In this document: positions 9,042 to 18,866 of the stretch, piece by piece
Numbering within the stretch: the first letter of the stretch is position 1
Layout: each line of letters opens with the position of its first letter
Assembly: GCA_944391315.1 (NCBI GenBank)
Contig: CALXTD010000001.1
Coordinates: 14,888-78,887 of the forward strand
Source: an uncultured Alphaproteobacteria bacterium
Lineage (GTDB): Bacteria; Pseudomonadota; Alphaproteobacteria; RF32; CAG-239
Reading direction: 5' to 3'
DNA length: 64,000 nucleotides
Made by a program: the position numbers and the translations under genes
The notes under the pieces: model-generated
Database searches by the model: none
Told to the model about the DNA's origin: nothing
Seen by the model: the letters and a program-made list of their open reading frames with translations, nothing else

Positions 9042-9869
9042 ATGGAACTTGATATACATATTTTGTTACTTTCAATTTTGCAAGGTATAACGGAGTTTTT
9101 GCCGGTTAGCTCTTCGGGGCATTTGATTTTGTTTTCAAAATTTACAACATTCCCTGATCAGGGATTAGCGCTGGATGTTGCTGTTCATGTTGGCTCAATT
9201 ATTGCCGTTATGATTTATTTTTCTGCAACGATTTGGCAGATTATTAAAGGGTTGGCCAAAAGTTACTTCCTTCCGAATTTTAAAAATGATGGGAATCGTT
9301 TGTTTTGGTTGATATTTGTTGCAACAATTCCGGCGGTTATTTTTGGGCTTTGGTTGAAAGATAACGGAATGGAGAATTTTAGAAGCACACGTTTGGTTGG
9401 ATGGACGATATTGTGCTTTGGAATTTTATTGTTTATCGCAGACAAGGTTGGCATGACTATTCGTAAAGTTGAGCATTTGACTTTGCTTGATGCTGTGTTA
9501 ATCGGTTTGGCTCAATGTTTGGCTTTGATTCCGGGGACAAGCCGTTCCGGAATTACGATTACGATGGGGCGTTTCTTGGGAATGGAGAGAAGAGAAGCGG
9601 CAAAGTTTTCGATGTTGTTATCTATTCCGACGATATTCGGAGCCGGTTGTTTGGTGGCTTTTGAACTTTATCAAGCCGGTGATATGGCGGCAATTACCGA
9701 TGCTTTTAATGGAATTGTTTATTCTTTTGTGGCTTCTTTGATTGCTATTTATATCATGATGTGGTGGCTTAAAAAATCAACGTTTTTGCCGTTTGTGATT
9801 TATCGAATTATTTTAGGAAGTTGTTTGTTATTAGATTCTTATGGATATTTAGATAAATTTATGCAATAA
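9042..9869 (+). CDS. uppP: Undecaprenyl-diphosphatase
   Basis: LQGITEFLPVSSSGHL motif and an 8-TM profile typical of BacA/UppP. Confidence 0.9.
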   Translation: MELDIHILLLSILQGITEFLPVSSSGHLILFSKFTTFPDQGLALDVAVHVGSIIAVMIYFSATIWQIIKGLAKSYFLPNFKNDGNRLFWLIFVATIPAVIFGLWLKDNGMENFRSTRLVGWTILCFGILLFIADKVGMTIRKVEHLTLLDAVLIGLAQCLALIPGTSRSGITITMGRFLGMERREAAKFSMLLSIPTIFGAGCLVAFELYQAGDMAAITDAFNGIVYSFVASLIAIYIMMWWLKKSTFLPFVIYRIILGSCLLLDSYGYLDKFMQ

Positions 9870-9924
9870 AGTCTTGCAATTTAAATTTAATTACGCTAAA
9901 AGATAAGACGTTAACAAAAGCAAA

Positions 9925-10010
9925 GCCCTGATGGCGAAATTGGTAGACGCGCATGCTTCAGGTGCATGTTGGCTCAGCCAGTGGAAGTTCGAGTCTTCTT
10001 CAGGGCACCA
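9925..10010 (+). tRNA. tRNA-Leu (anticodon CAG) with long variable arm and encoded CCA
   Basis: GCCCUGAUGGCGAAAUUGGUAGACGC D-arm; anticodon stem CAUGC/GCAUG with loop UUCAGGU; T-arm GUUCGAGUC; acceptor GCCCUGA/UCAGGGC. Confidence 0.85.
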
Positions 10011-10011
10011 T

Positions 10012-10042
10012 AAAAAAATCCTCCCTAGTGGAGGTTTTTTTT
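10012..10042 (+). terminator. Intrinsic terminator after tRNA-Leu
   Basis: cctcc-ctagt-ggagg hairpin followed by a run of eight T. Confidence 0.5.
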
Positions 10043-10188
10043 ATGGTGATTTTAAATAAGATTCTCGAACTTTCAGAAGGAAGTTTGACTAGGAGGAGAG
10101 GCAGACGGGAGTATGCCGGTGAGGGCATAGCCCGAGCGACGACGAAGCGGCCGAGGATTTGCTTGCAAACCGCAGGTCAGTCTTCTTC

Positions 10189-10209
10189 AGGGCACCATAC
10201 TAAAAAAAG
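10189..10209 (+). repeat. 21-bp direct repeat of the tRNA-Leu 3' end (agtcttcttcagggcaccata), followed by its own terminator at 10213-10240
   Basis: Exact match to 9992-10012. Confidence 0.7.
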
Positions 10210-10290
10210 ACCCCGACGGGTCTTTTTTTAGTATGGTGGAACGTTTTGTTACTCAGCGAGGACGGCGATAGCGGCCATAGCTAAGGTTAT

Positions 10291-10343
10291 AAAAAATCTC
10301 CCCTTTGAAAAAAATTTTCAAAGGGGAGATTTTTTATTTTTTA
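10291..10343. terminator. Bidirectional intrinsic terminator; serves the minus-strand gene ending at 10334
   Basis: Long stem tctcccctttgaaaa / ttttcaaaggggaga with an A-run upstream and a T-run downstream. Confidence 0.5.
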
Positions 10344-11323
10344 AGTTTTAATCTTTCAGCCAATATCATTCTTATGGTTTTGGCGCGGTGCATTTTGTGA
10401 TAGGTTTCATAGCTTATCAGCACTATGCCGGAGATTATCAGCGGCAAGAGGTAATAGATAATGCGGTAAGCGATTAATGCGCCGAAAAGCATAGCAGTAT
10501 TGTGGTCTCCGGGGATAATCAACAGAAACAGTCCTTCGAAGACGCCCAAGCCGCCGGGGACTTGCGAAAAAGTTCCTAAAACTTGGGCAATGATGAACAC
10601 ACCGATAAAGACATCAAAGGGAATTGGAACAAAAGTCGTTAATGTAAAATACAGAACCAGCGAAGCCATTAAAATGTCTGCGCCACCGATGATGACTTGT
10701 TCCAAGGCTAAGCGGATGTTCGGGATTTCAAATTTTATGCCTTTTATGGTTATCGGCTCTTTGTAAAACAAGCTGATGCCAAAGTAAATGGCCAAGCCAA
10801 CGGCTGACAATATGGTGACGATTAATGTGGTTAGCTTTGATACGCTACCTTCGCCAAAAGCATGATCAGGTGTTAAAAAGTAGCCGACGATAATCAGGAA
10901 AAAGCAGGCAACCAGATATGTGAAGCCGGAAAAAGTGACCATTTTTACAATTTCGTATCCATGAAAGCGCCAGCGGGTATAAAGTCGATATCTGATAGCG
11001 CCTCCGGAAACAATTGCGTGACCGGCATTGTTGCTGACGGAAAAGCCGATGAAACCGGCAAAAATCCATTTCCATGCAGCGAGCTTTCTTTTGATGTATC
11101 TTAGTGCCAACCAGTCATAAGATGACAAAGCGACATAGCCGCAGAATGAGGCCAGACAGGCCATTAATAAATTATGCTGCGGGATGCTGAACAATGCGTC
11201 TTTGATATCAGAAAACGGGTATTTTGACAGCTGGTGATAAATCATATAAGCCGCCAGTCCGAAGAAAAACAGTCCGGACCAGGAGAGGATTTTTTTTAGT
11301 ATTCTTTTGGCTTGAAATGACAT
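10334..11323 (-). CDS. Polytopic membrane protein, UPF0104 / MprF flippase-domain-like
   Basis: 329 aa with ~8 predicted TM helices. Resemblance to the lysyl-phosphatidylglycerol synthase TM region is an inference from the hydrophobic pattern. Confidence 0.65.
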   Translation of the reverse strand: MSFQAKRILKKILSWSGLFFFGLAAYMIYHQLSKYPFSDIKDALFSIPQHNLLMACLASFCGYVALSSYDWLALRYIKRKLAAWKWIFAGFIGFSVSNNAGHAIVSGGAIRYRLYTRWRFHGYEIVKMVTFSGFTYLVACFFLIIVGYFLTPDHAFGEGSVSKLTTLIVTILSAVGLAIYFGISLFYKEPITIKGIKFEIPNIRLALEQVIIGGADILMASLVLYFTLTTFVPIPFDVFIGVFIIAQVLGTFSQVPGGLGVFEGLFLLIIPGDHNTAMLFGALIAYRIIYYLLPLIISGIVLISYETYHKMHRAKTIRMILAERLKLKK

Positions 11324-11412
11324 TTTTCTTTTTCCTTTTGATTTTTATTTGCTTTCTAATATATAGGCTTAATCTTAATTGGCAACCATAAGCGTATGTT
11401 TTATTCAGAACT

Positions 11413-13128
11413 TTAGAGTTTGTTGCAGGCTTTTTTGAGCCAGTCTTTTGCGGCACCGATGATATAAGGAGACAGCGCGGCAAACACACGGGCGTGATAG
11501 TCATTTATCCAGTTTATTTCTTCCGGAGAGAGCTGGTCTTTGTTGATTAAGTTTTTGTCATAAGGAACAAGTGTCAGCGGTGAAAAACACAGCATGCCGT
11601 TTTGTTTGTCCGGTAAAATTTCAACAAGGTTTTCAATTCTGATGCCATAGTAGTTTTCTTTATAATATCCGGGCTCGATAGAGGTTATCATGCCTGCTTG
11701 CAGCGGGTGGGGCGAATAGCCGGTGGATATGCCGAGAGGGCCTTCGTGGACGTTTAGAAAACATCCGACGCCGTGTCCGGTGCCATGAGCATAATTCAGA
11801 CCATGTTTCCACAAAGGTGAGCGGGCCAGTGCGTCAAGAGATTGACCGCTGCTTCCTTGCGGAAAAACAGCGCGGCTTAAACTGATGTGGCCTTTGAGGA
11901 CGGTGGTATAGTTGGCTTTCATTTCTTCCGTTGGTTTGCCGATGGCAATGGTTCTGGTGATGTCGGTTGTTCCGTCATAATATTGAGCGCCACTGTCTAA
12001 TAAGAGCAAAGAGCCGTTTTGTAAGGCTTTGTTGCTTTTGACGGAAGGTTGATAGTGAACAATTGCACCATTAGAGCCAAAAGCGGCGATGGTTTCAAAG
12101 CTCTCAGAAAAATAATGTTCTTGCTTTTGGCGAAAGCCATGAAGTTCGGCAACAATTTCCATTTCGGTTTTTCCTGCGCCGTTTTCTTCCAACCAACTTA
12201 AAAAATTAATCATGGCGACGCCGTCGCGAATATGGGCGCGGCGCATTCCTTCCAGCTCAACAGAATTTTTTATGGCTTTTGCGGTTTCGCAGATGTCTTT
12301 GTGCGGAAGAGCCGTTATTTTATATTTTTCAAATAAGTTTTTTATGGCTTGAGGGGTTTTGTTTTCATCAATATAGAGGCTTTGTTTTTTGAAAGATTTT
12401 AGGGTTTCTTCAAGAGCTTCGAGCGGATAAGTCGAGAACGGATATTGATTTTCACCATAATCTAAATTTCCACCGAAAACGGTTGTGTTTCCGTTTCTTT
12501 CCACGAGGACGTAAGCTCGGATTATCGGTGTATCTGGCAGGCATTTGGCACGTAGGTTAAGTAACCACGAAGCAGAATCGGCGGCGCAAAACAACCAGCC
12601 GGCAGCATCGGTCGGATTTAAAAAGTCCAGAACTTCTCCGATTTTTTCTTCTCGACTGAGGCCGGCGAATTCAATTTCGTGTTCAAAAACACGGCCTTTG
12701 ACCAAAGGCATGGTGGGGTCAACTTTTTCTGAAGAGGGAATCCAGCGGATGTCAGAAAGTGTTTTTTGAAAAGAATCGAAATCTTTTATCGACAGGCAGT
12801 TAGGGTTGAAGCCTAAGCGAAATTTTGGGGGCAGATTTTGTTGCAGCCATTTAGTCATGGAGATTTCTGCCGTGCAGACGACTTCTATTATTTGCGAATC
12901 GGTTTCTAACGGGGCTTGCAAGGCGTAACGACCATCGACAAACAAAACAGAGCGGCCTTGGGTCTTTATCAGCAATGTTCCGGCAGAGCCTGAAAATCCG
13001 GTTAATTTTAGGATTTTGTTTTCGGCAGGGTGAATGTCTTCGCCCAAAAACATATTGTTACGCGGCAGAAAATAGCCATCTAATTTTTCGGTTTTTAATT
13101 GCTCGATTATATTTTCAAGGGCGGTCAT
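11413..13128 (-). CDS. pepP: Xaa-Pro aminopeptidase (M24B, aminopeptidase P family)
   Basis: Creatinase/prolidase N-terminal domain and a C-terminal pita-bread fold; HGTGHGVGCFLNVHEGP metal-binding motif. Confidence 0.85.
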   Translation of the reverse strand: MTALENIIEQLKTEKLDGYFLPRNNMFLGEDIHPAENKILKLTGFSGSAGTLLIKTQGRSVLFVDGRYALQAPLETDSQIIEVVCTAEISMTKWLQQNLPPKFRLGFNPNCLSIKDFDSFQKTLSDIRWIPSSEKVDPTMPLVKGRVFEHEIEFAGLSREEKIGEVLDFLNPTDAAGWLFCAADSASWLLNLRAKCLPDTPIIRAYVLVERNGNTTVFGGNLDYGENQYPFSTYPLEALEETLKSFKKQSLYIDENKTPQAIKNLFEKYKITALPHKDICETAKAIKNSVELEGMRRAHIRDGVAMINFLSWLEENGAGKTEMEIVAELHGFRQKQEHYFSESFETIAAFGSNGAIVHYQPSVKSNKALQNGSLLLLDSGAQYYDGTTDITRTIAIGKPTEEMKANYTTVLKGHISLSRAVFPQGSSGQSLDALARSPLWKHGLNYAHGTGHGVGCFLNVHEGPLGISTGYSPHPLQAGMITSIEPGYYKENYYGIRIENLVEILPDKQNGMLCFSPLTLVPYDKNLINKDQLSPEEINWINDYHARVFAALSPYIIGAAKDWLKKACNKL

Positions 13129-13129
13129 T

Positions 13130-14005
13130 TTATTTCTCCATAACTGCGGCGCACCAATCGTCGATTTGATAAAGTTTTATGAGTTTTAGTCCTTGTTGTT
13201 CATGAGCGGAAATTACCCAGTCTTTTTGGTCAGTAACAAAGCCGGATAAAATTGCGTAGCCGCCTTGATTTAAGGCTTTATATAAATCAGGAGCCATTTC
13301 AATCAAGGGGCGGGCCAATATGTTGGATAAAATGAGGTCATAAGGGGCATTGTTTTGCACAAAGTCTGATTTATAGCCATCGCTGACGGCGGCATGGATA
13401 ATTTCTTCTTCGTGGTTGGTGGCGGCGTTTTGTAAAGTGACAATAACGGCTTCTTCGTCGATGTCTACAGCGGTGATTTTTGCAGAAGAGCCAAAGAGTT
13501 TGGCTGCGCCGAGTGACAAAATGCCGGAGCCGGTTCCCATATCCAGAATTTTTTGGTGTTTTATGTTTTGGTTATTTAGCCAGCACAAAGCCTCCAAGCA
13601 GCCGCGGGTGGTCGGATGTTCGGAGCCAAAAGCCGTAGCAGCGTATATTTGCAGCGGTATTTTATCGGTTTTTGGAGCTTGTTTTTCGTGGATGCCATAA
13701 ATTAAAAAATCAGCAACCTCAACCGGTGGAAATTTAATGACATAGTCTTTGAGCCAGTTTTGGCTTTCAAGTAAAGTTTTTTCGTATGTTGGAAGGGTAA
13801 GTCCTTGATTTTGTGCGGCGGATGTAAAGTCTTGTTCGTTAAAGTTTATATCAGCATAAGCCGTAAGTTCTTCTTTGCCGTCATCGTGATAATCTAAGCT
13901 GGAGGTTGTGAAGTAGTCGTCAATGAAGTTGGTTAGATTTTCATCATATTTTTCTTGGGGCGCAAATTTGATTTGCCAGCAGCTGCCGCCTTTGTTTTCC
14001 GTCAT
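13130..14005 (-). CDS. prmA: Ribosomal protein L11 methyltransferase
   Basis: SAM-binding motif ILDMGTGSGILSLGAAK and LSNILARPL; abuts the pepP start. Confidence 0.85.
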   Translation of the reverse strand: MTENKGGSCWQIKFAPQEKYDENLTNFIDDYFTTSSLDYHDDGKEELTAYADINFNEQDFTSAAQNQGLTLPTYEKTLLESQNWLKDYVIKFPPVEVADFLIYGIHEKQAPKTDKIPLQIYAATAFGSEHPTTRGCLEALCWLNNQNIKHQKILDMGTGSGILSLGAAKLFGSSAKITAVDIDEEAVIVTLQNAATNHEEEIIHAAVSDGYKSDFVQNNAPYDLILSNILARPLIEMAPDLYKALNQGGYAILSGFVTDQKDWVISAHEQQGLKLIKLYQIDDWCAAVMEK

Positions 14006-14111
14006 TTTGTTTTTTTCCTAATTCTCTTTAATTTTGCTAAAGATTTGTTTACTTTATTGTGATAATAGTTCTTATCATATAAATATTAAAGATTTTTTTA
14101 AGAGTTTGGAT

Positions 14112-14885
14112 ATGAAAAAAACGGTTGTTCTTTTTAGTGCTTTATTGCTGGCTTCCTGTGCAATTCATGCCGGAGATCATTCTTTTTGGAATGAGCGTAA
14201 TGAGTGGATAGAATCGCATAATACTTATCCGGTTGAGTTCTTTTCTCAGGAGCCGATGTTGTTGAAAACAGACTATGTTTATGAAAACAGCCGTAAGTCA
14301 AAAGAGGTTTTGACAACTTATACCGGTTATTCGATGATTTCGAGCAAGACATATCAGAAAAACTATTATATAGCTGATAAAGTTAAAGCAGTTATGGAAG
14401 GCGGTTTGGTTGGAATCGGGTCTCCGATTTTGTTTGCCAAAGGCGAATCTGTGCCTTTGCTTGGGCAGGTCGTGGTTGATAATACGGACTTTGTGTTGGC
14501 GCCGGACAAAAGCGGTGAGTATGTTGTTTTAGTTCGCCGCGACGGGTCGGTTTATCCTAAAATAGGCGAGATAAGAAATAATCGTTTGCTTTTGTTAGAT
14601 GAGCATTTTATGCCAAAGCCAGATGATTTTCATTTTTCTCCGGTGGTCGAGGGTAAAATACAGCAGACCAAGCCGGTTAATGGTTATGATTTGCGCTATG
14701 AAGGCATTAAAAACGGAAAAATTACCATGACTTATATGGTTTACAATCCGGTGAATAATTCCAGCGGACAATTTGAGACTTTTGCTTTTCCGCAGAAGGC
14801 CGGTTTGTATCGTATCAATAATCTTGAGATAAAGATTTTGAGTGCCGATAATGATAAAATCGACTTTATGGTTGTGAAAGATTAA
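14112..14885 (+). CDS. Hypothetical lipoprotein
   Basis: MKKTVVLFSALLLASC lipobox. The longer track ORF starting at 14034 lacks a signal peptide and is probably too long. Confidence 0.6.
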   Translation: MKKTVVLFSALLLASCAIHAGDHSFWNERNEWIESHNTYPVEFFSQEPMLLKTDYVYENSRKSKEVLTTYTGYSMISSKTYQKNYYIADKVKAVMEGGLVGIGSPILFAKGESVPLLGQVVVDNTDFVLAPDKSGEYVVLVRRDGSVYPKIGEIRNNRLLLLDEHFMPKPDDFHFSPVVEGKIQQTKPVNGYDLRYEGIKNGKITMTYMVYNPVNNSSGQFETFAFPQKAGLYRINNLEIKILSADNDKIDFMVVKD

Positions 14886-14989
14886 ATTAATCCTCAATGT
14901 AAAAAAAATATTGTGGGGGCTTGATTTTAATAAAATTTTAGAGTAAAAAAGCTCTGAATTAGAGTTTTTTTTATATCGGAGATTAATTA

Positions 14990-15751
14990 ATGTCAGGTCA
15001 TTCCCAGTTTAAAAATATTATGTATCGTAAAGGGGCGCAAGACGCAAAAAAAGCAAAGGTTTTTGCTAAGCTGGCCCGTGATATTACCATTGCAGCGAAG
15101 AGTGGTTTACCTGAGCCGGATAAAAATCCGCGCTTGCGTTTGGCTATTCAGGCAGCTCGTGCAGAAAGTATGCCGAAAGACAATATTGAACGCGCTATTG
15201 CCAAGGCTACTCAAACAGCCGGTGGTGCTGATTATGTTTCTGCTCGTTATGAAGGATTTGGTCCGGGGAAGGTTGCTATTATCGTTGAGGCCTTGACCGA
15301 TAATAAAAATCGTACGGCCGGTAATGTTCGCACAATTTTTGGTAAACGCGGCGGTGTTATGGGTGAGAGCGGATCGGTTGCCTTTAACTTTGAGCGTATC
15401 GGTTATATTAAATATCCGCTTTCTGTTGCAGAGCCCGATAAGATGTTTGAAACAGCTTTGGAAGCCGGTGCAAATGATGTTGCTTCTGATGATGAGGCTC
15501 ATGAGATTGAGACTTTGCCAGATGATTTGAATATGGTTACCGAAACTTTGGAAAAGGCTTTCGGTACACCTTCTGCTTCTCGTTTGGATTGGAAGCCGAC
15601 CGTTAAGACTGATGTAACAGATTTGGAAACTGCTCAGAAGTTTTTGGAATTTGTTGATGCATTGGAAGATGATGACGATGTTCAAAAAGTTTATCACAAC
15701 GCCGAGTTTTCGGAAGAGGTGTTGAAAGCTTTGGAAAGCAGCGAAGATTAA
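14990..15751 (+). CDS. yebC: YebC/PmpR family DNA-binding regulatory protein
   Basis: MSGHSQFKNIMYRKGAQDAKKAKVFAKLARDITIAAK is the canonical YebC N-terminus. Confidence 0.9.
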   Translation: MSGHSQFKNIMYRKGAQDAKKAKVFAKLARDITIAAKSGLPEPDKNPRLRLAIQAARAESMPKDNIERAIAKATQTAGGADYVSARYEGFGPGKVAIIVEALTDNKNRTAGNVRTIFGKRGGVMGESGSVAFNFERIGYIKYPLSVAEPDKMFETALEAGANDVASDDEAHEIETLPDDLNMVTETLEKAFGTPSASRLDWKPTVKTDVTDLETAQKFLEFVDALEDDDDVQKVYHNAEFSEEVLKALESSED

Positions 15752-15800
15752 TTATCAAGGCAGGTTTAAGAGCCTGCCTTTTTTGTTTTAGGGGAGCAAA

Positions 15801-16292
15801 ATGAGAATCTTGGGGCTTGATCCCAGTTTGTCATCAACCGGCTGGGGTGTTATTGAAGTTGAAAATAATCGTATGAAATATGTGGCGGATGGTTTTATCA
15901 AAACTGATCCTAAGCAGCCTTTGCCCGAGCGTTTGGCTCAGATTCATAAAACACTTAATGAAGTGATTGAGCTCTACAAACCTCAAGAAGCCGCAATAGA
16001 ACAGGTTTTTTTGAACGACAATCCAAAATCAACCATAAAACTCGGTATGGCGCGCGGCGTGGTGATTTTGGCGCCGTCGCTATTTAATATTCCGGTGACA
16101 GAGTATGAGCCGACTTTGGTTAAAAAAGCCGTTGTAGGGGTGGGGCGTGCCGAAAAGTCTCAGGTGGAGGCGATGATAAAGGTTTTGCTTCCGGGGTGTA
16201 AGCCTAAAAATAATGACTCTTCCGATGCTTTGGCGATGGCGATTACGCATAATGCTTTTCGGAAGTCTGCAGCCATAAAACAAGCTTATTAA
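15801..16292 (+). CDS. ruvC: Crossover junction endodeoxyribonuclease RuvC
   Basis: MRILGLDPSLSSTGWGVIE and the RNase H-like fold catalytic residues. Confidence 0.9.
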   Translation: MRILGLDPSLSSTGWGVIEVENNRMKYVADGFIKTDPKQPLPERLAQIHKTLNEVIELYKPQEAAIEQVFLNDNPKSTIKLGMARGVVILAPSLFNIPVTEYEPTLVKKAVVGVGRAEKSQVEAMIKVLLPGCKPKNNDSSDALAMAITHNAFRKSAAIKQAY

Positions 16293-16373
16293 ATTTTTTT
16301 TGTTGATTTTTGTACATAAGATGATAATCTACTAAAGATTTAATCTTATTGTGTTACAAAAAAATATATAATT

Positions 16374-16982
16374 ATGAAAACAATTATTGTAAATGAGGCG
16401 GTTGAGCGGCTAAGAGCTATAGATCGTAATGCTTATATCCAAAAAAACAAGTTGATGCGGCGTTTTGATGAGAAGTTTCATACTTCATTATCTCAGAAAG
16501 ATGCTGATGATTTGTCTTTTGTTGATATTTTAAAAGCGCCGTGTGATGCCGATAAGGATATGGTGTATTCTGAATTGAAGAAAGTTGTAAATCATGGGCT
16601 TTCGGCGGAAGACAAAGAGTTTCTTTATCAGATTACGGAAACATGTTTGATTGATACGGCAACAGGTGACTTTGATGCTTTAATTGAAGACATTTTGCTG
16701 CCTTTGGCAGATTCTGTTTATTGGCAGAGGGCTTTGGGAATTCCGGCGCGATTTGAAGATGAGCGAGAGATAAGTGCTTTTTATTTTTATAAAGAGCCGT
16801 TTTGGATGGCTGAATATTTTGTAGCTTTGCCGTATGCGTATAGATGTGAGGCGATTTTGGTGCAGAACGGATATGTTCTTTCGGTTAAAATTGTCCCTTC
16901 GTTGCAAGATATTCCGCAGCTTAAAAGTTTGTTAAAGATGTCGGGAGATCGCTTTTTTAGGCTTTTTCATCCCAGAGAATAA
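16374..16982 (+). CDS. Hypothetical protein (orphan cassette inserted between ruvC and ruvA)
   Basis: 202-aa ORF with an AT-rich upstream region, immediately followed by a strong hairpin terminator. Confidence 0.55.
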   Translation: MKTIIVNEAVERLRAIDRNAYIQKNKLMRRFDEKFHTSLSQKDADDLSFVDILKAPCDADKDMVYSELKKVVNHGLSAEDKEFLYQITETCLIDTATGDFDALIEDILLPLADSVYWQRALGIPARFEDEREISAFYFYKEPFWMAEYFVALPYAYRCEAILVQNGYVLSVKIVPSLQDIPQLKSLLKMSGDRFFRLFHPRE

Positions 16983-16983
16983 A

Positions 16984-17014
16984 AACGGAATTCTTTTGAA
17001 TTCCGTTTTTATTT
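16984..17014 (+). terminator. Intrinsic terminator
   Basis: acggaattc / gaattccgt stem followed by a T-run. Confidence 0.55.
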
Positions 17015-17110
17015 TGTTCTTGATTTTTGTTAAAAAGTTCTTGCGTCTTAAGGGGAAGTTTTATATCTTGATTGTAGGTTGTAAAATGAGTTTAAGACAG
17101 GTGAATTTTA

Positions 17111-17785
17111 ATGATTGCAAAATTGCGCGGGGTTGTTGATACGCTCGGGAGTGATTATTGTATTATTGATGTGAACGGCGTGGGCTATTTGGTTTTTGCT
17201 TCGGCAAAAACTTTGGCTAAACTTGCTCGCGGGGCGCAGGTGGCATTATTGATTGAGACAATTGTGCGGGAAGACAGTATCTCGCTGTTCGGCTTTGCCG
17301 ATGCTTGGGAAAAAGAGTGGTTTTTGACTCTGACCAAAGTGCAAGGTGTGGGGGCCAAAGTTTGTTTGGCAATCTTATCGGTTTTATCCCCTATGCAGTT
17401 GGCACAAGCTGTTTCAGCTCAGGATAAAGCCTCATTTACACGCGCGGCCGGTGTGGGGCCAAAGTTAGCAGCGCGAATTGTTACCGAACTTAAAGATAAA
17501 ATTGTGACTATTCCTATGGAGGCAAGTATGAAGTCTGATCTTTCTTCAACAGTGGACGGAACGGCAGGAACGGAAACCGAAGGCTATGAAGATGCGTTGG
17601 TTGAAATGCAGTCTGAAGACAGCTCGATGAATATTGATGATGCGGTGTCGGCGCTGGTTAATCTCGGATATCAGCGAATTGAGGCTTATCGTGCGGTTAA
17701 TCTGGCTGCAAAAAATAATCCTGAGGCGGATGTGCCGAATTTGATTAAACTTGCTCTTAAAGAATTTGCTACGAAAGAAGTCTAG
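17111..17785 (+). CDS. ruvA: Holliday junction branch-migration complex subunit RuvA
   Basis: MIAKLRGVV N-terminus, HhH domain, C-terminal domain III. Confidence 0.9.
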   Translation: MIAKLRGVVDTLGSDYCIIDVNGVGYLVFASAKTLAKLARGAQVALLIETIVREDSISLFGFADAWEKEWFLTLTKVQGVGAKVCLAILSVLSPMQLAQAVSAQDKASFTRAAGVGPKLAARIVTELKDKIVTIPMEASMKSDLSSTVDGTAGTETEGYEDALVEMQSEDSSMNIDDAVSALVNLGYQRIEAYRAVNLAAKNNPEADVPNLIKLALKEFATKEV

Positions 17786-17788
17786 TCT

Positions 17789-18865
17789 ATGTCTGAAAAT
17801 AATCGAATCGTTAGTCCCGAAAAAATTAATGAAGATGACAATGAAAGTGCGAATCCGGTCAGCTTGCGTCCGAATTCTTTGGCTGAATTTGTCGGGCAGC
17901 GTGCTGTTTGTGATAATTTGAAAGTGTTTATTGAAGCGGCAAAAGTTCGCGGAGATGCATTAGATCACGTTTTGTTGTTTGGGCCTCCGGGACTTGGAAA
18001 AACAACTTTGGCCTCTATTATTGCAAAAGAGTTGGGTGTTGGTTTTAGGGCGACCTCGGCGCCAATGATTAGCAAGTCCGGTGATTTGGCTGCAATCTTA
18101 ACCAATTTGGAACGCAATGATGTGTTGTTTATTGATGAAATTCACCGCTTGAATCCGGCAATTGAAGAGGTTCTTTATTCCGCAATGGAAGATTTTCAGC
18201 TTGATTTGATTATCGGTGAAGGGCCTTCAGCTCGGTCGGTGCGAATCGATTTGCAGCCATTTACACTGGTTGGGGCGACGACACGTTCCGGTTTGCTGTC
18301 TACGCCGTTGCGTGAGCGTTTTGGTATTCCTCTGCGCTTAGATTTTTATTCGCCCGAGGATTTGGAAAAAATTGTTATCCGTGGAGCAAATCTTTTGGGA
18401 ATGCCGATTTCAGAAAACGGAGCGCGGGAAATTGCTAAGCGTTCGCGCGGAACGCCGCGTGTGGCAGGACGTCTTTTGCGGCGTGTGCGTGATTTCGGAA
18501 TTGTATCAAAAGCTGCGGAAGTTGATAATAAAATTGCTGATACGGCGCTCAGACGGCTTGATGTGGATGACTTTGGGCTTGATGCCTTTGACCGTCGTTA
18601 TCTGAACTGTATTTTGCATAATTATGGCGGAGGGCCGGTCGGAGCAGACACTTTGGCGGCAGCTTTGTCAGAAGAGCGAGACACGATTGAGGAAGTGATT
18701 GAGCCGTTTTTGCTCAAGCTTGGCTTCTTGCAACGGACACCGCGCGGGCGTGTTATTTCTGATTCCGGTTGTGATTATTTGGGGGCGCCACGCTTAAGAA
18801 AAGGCGTTAAACCAGCGTCCGAACAATTTGATTTGCTTAAAATTATTGAAGAAGAGGAAGTTTGA
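17789..18865 (+). CDS. ruvB: Holliday junction ATP-dependent DNA helicase RuvB
   Basis: [13 protein letters not shown] Walker A, FIDEIHRL Walker B, winged-helix C-terminus. Confidence 0.95.
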   Translation: MSENNRIVSPEKINEDDNESANPVSLRPNSLAEFVGQRAVCDNLKVFIEAAKVRGDALDHVLLFGPPGLGKTTLASIIAKELGVGFRATSAPMISKSGDLAAILTNLERNDVLFIDEIHRLNPAIEEVLYSAMEDFQLDLIIGEGPSARSVRIDLQPFTLVGATTRSGLLSTPLRERFGIPLRLDFYSPEDLEKIVIRGANLLGMPISENGAREIAKRSRGTPRVAGRLLRRVRDFGIVSKAAEVDNKIADTALRRLDVDDFGLDAFDRRYLNCILHNYGGGPVGADTLAAALSEERDTIEEVIEPFLLKLGFLQRTPRGRVISDSGCDYLGAPRLRKGVKPASEQFDLLKIIEEEEV

Positions 18866-18866
18866 T

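Noticed and set aside
10060-10210. Possible tmRNA or second tRNA-Leu gene
   Set aside because: Only the 3' 21 nt match tRNA-Leu. No acceptor-stem partner, D-arm or anticodon arm could be folded, and there is no tag-peptide ORF. Treated as a partial duplication or att remnant.
14034-14111. N-terminal 26-codon extension of the lipoprotein ORF given by the ORF track
   Set aside because: The extension precedes a textbook lipoprotein signal peptide (MKKTVVLFSALLLASC) and lies in the AT-rich promoter region; the internal ATG is the likelier start.
15107-15697. 196-aa minus-strand ORF
   Set aside because: It lies entirely antisense within yebC, which has a canonical conserved translation. Its own translation is low-complexity and has no RBS; it is a shadow ORF.
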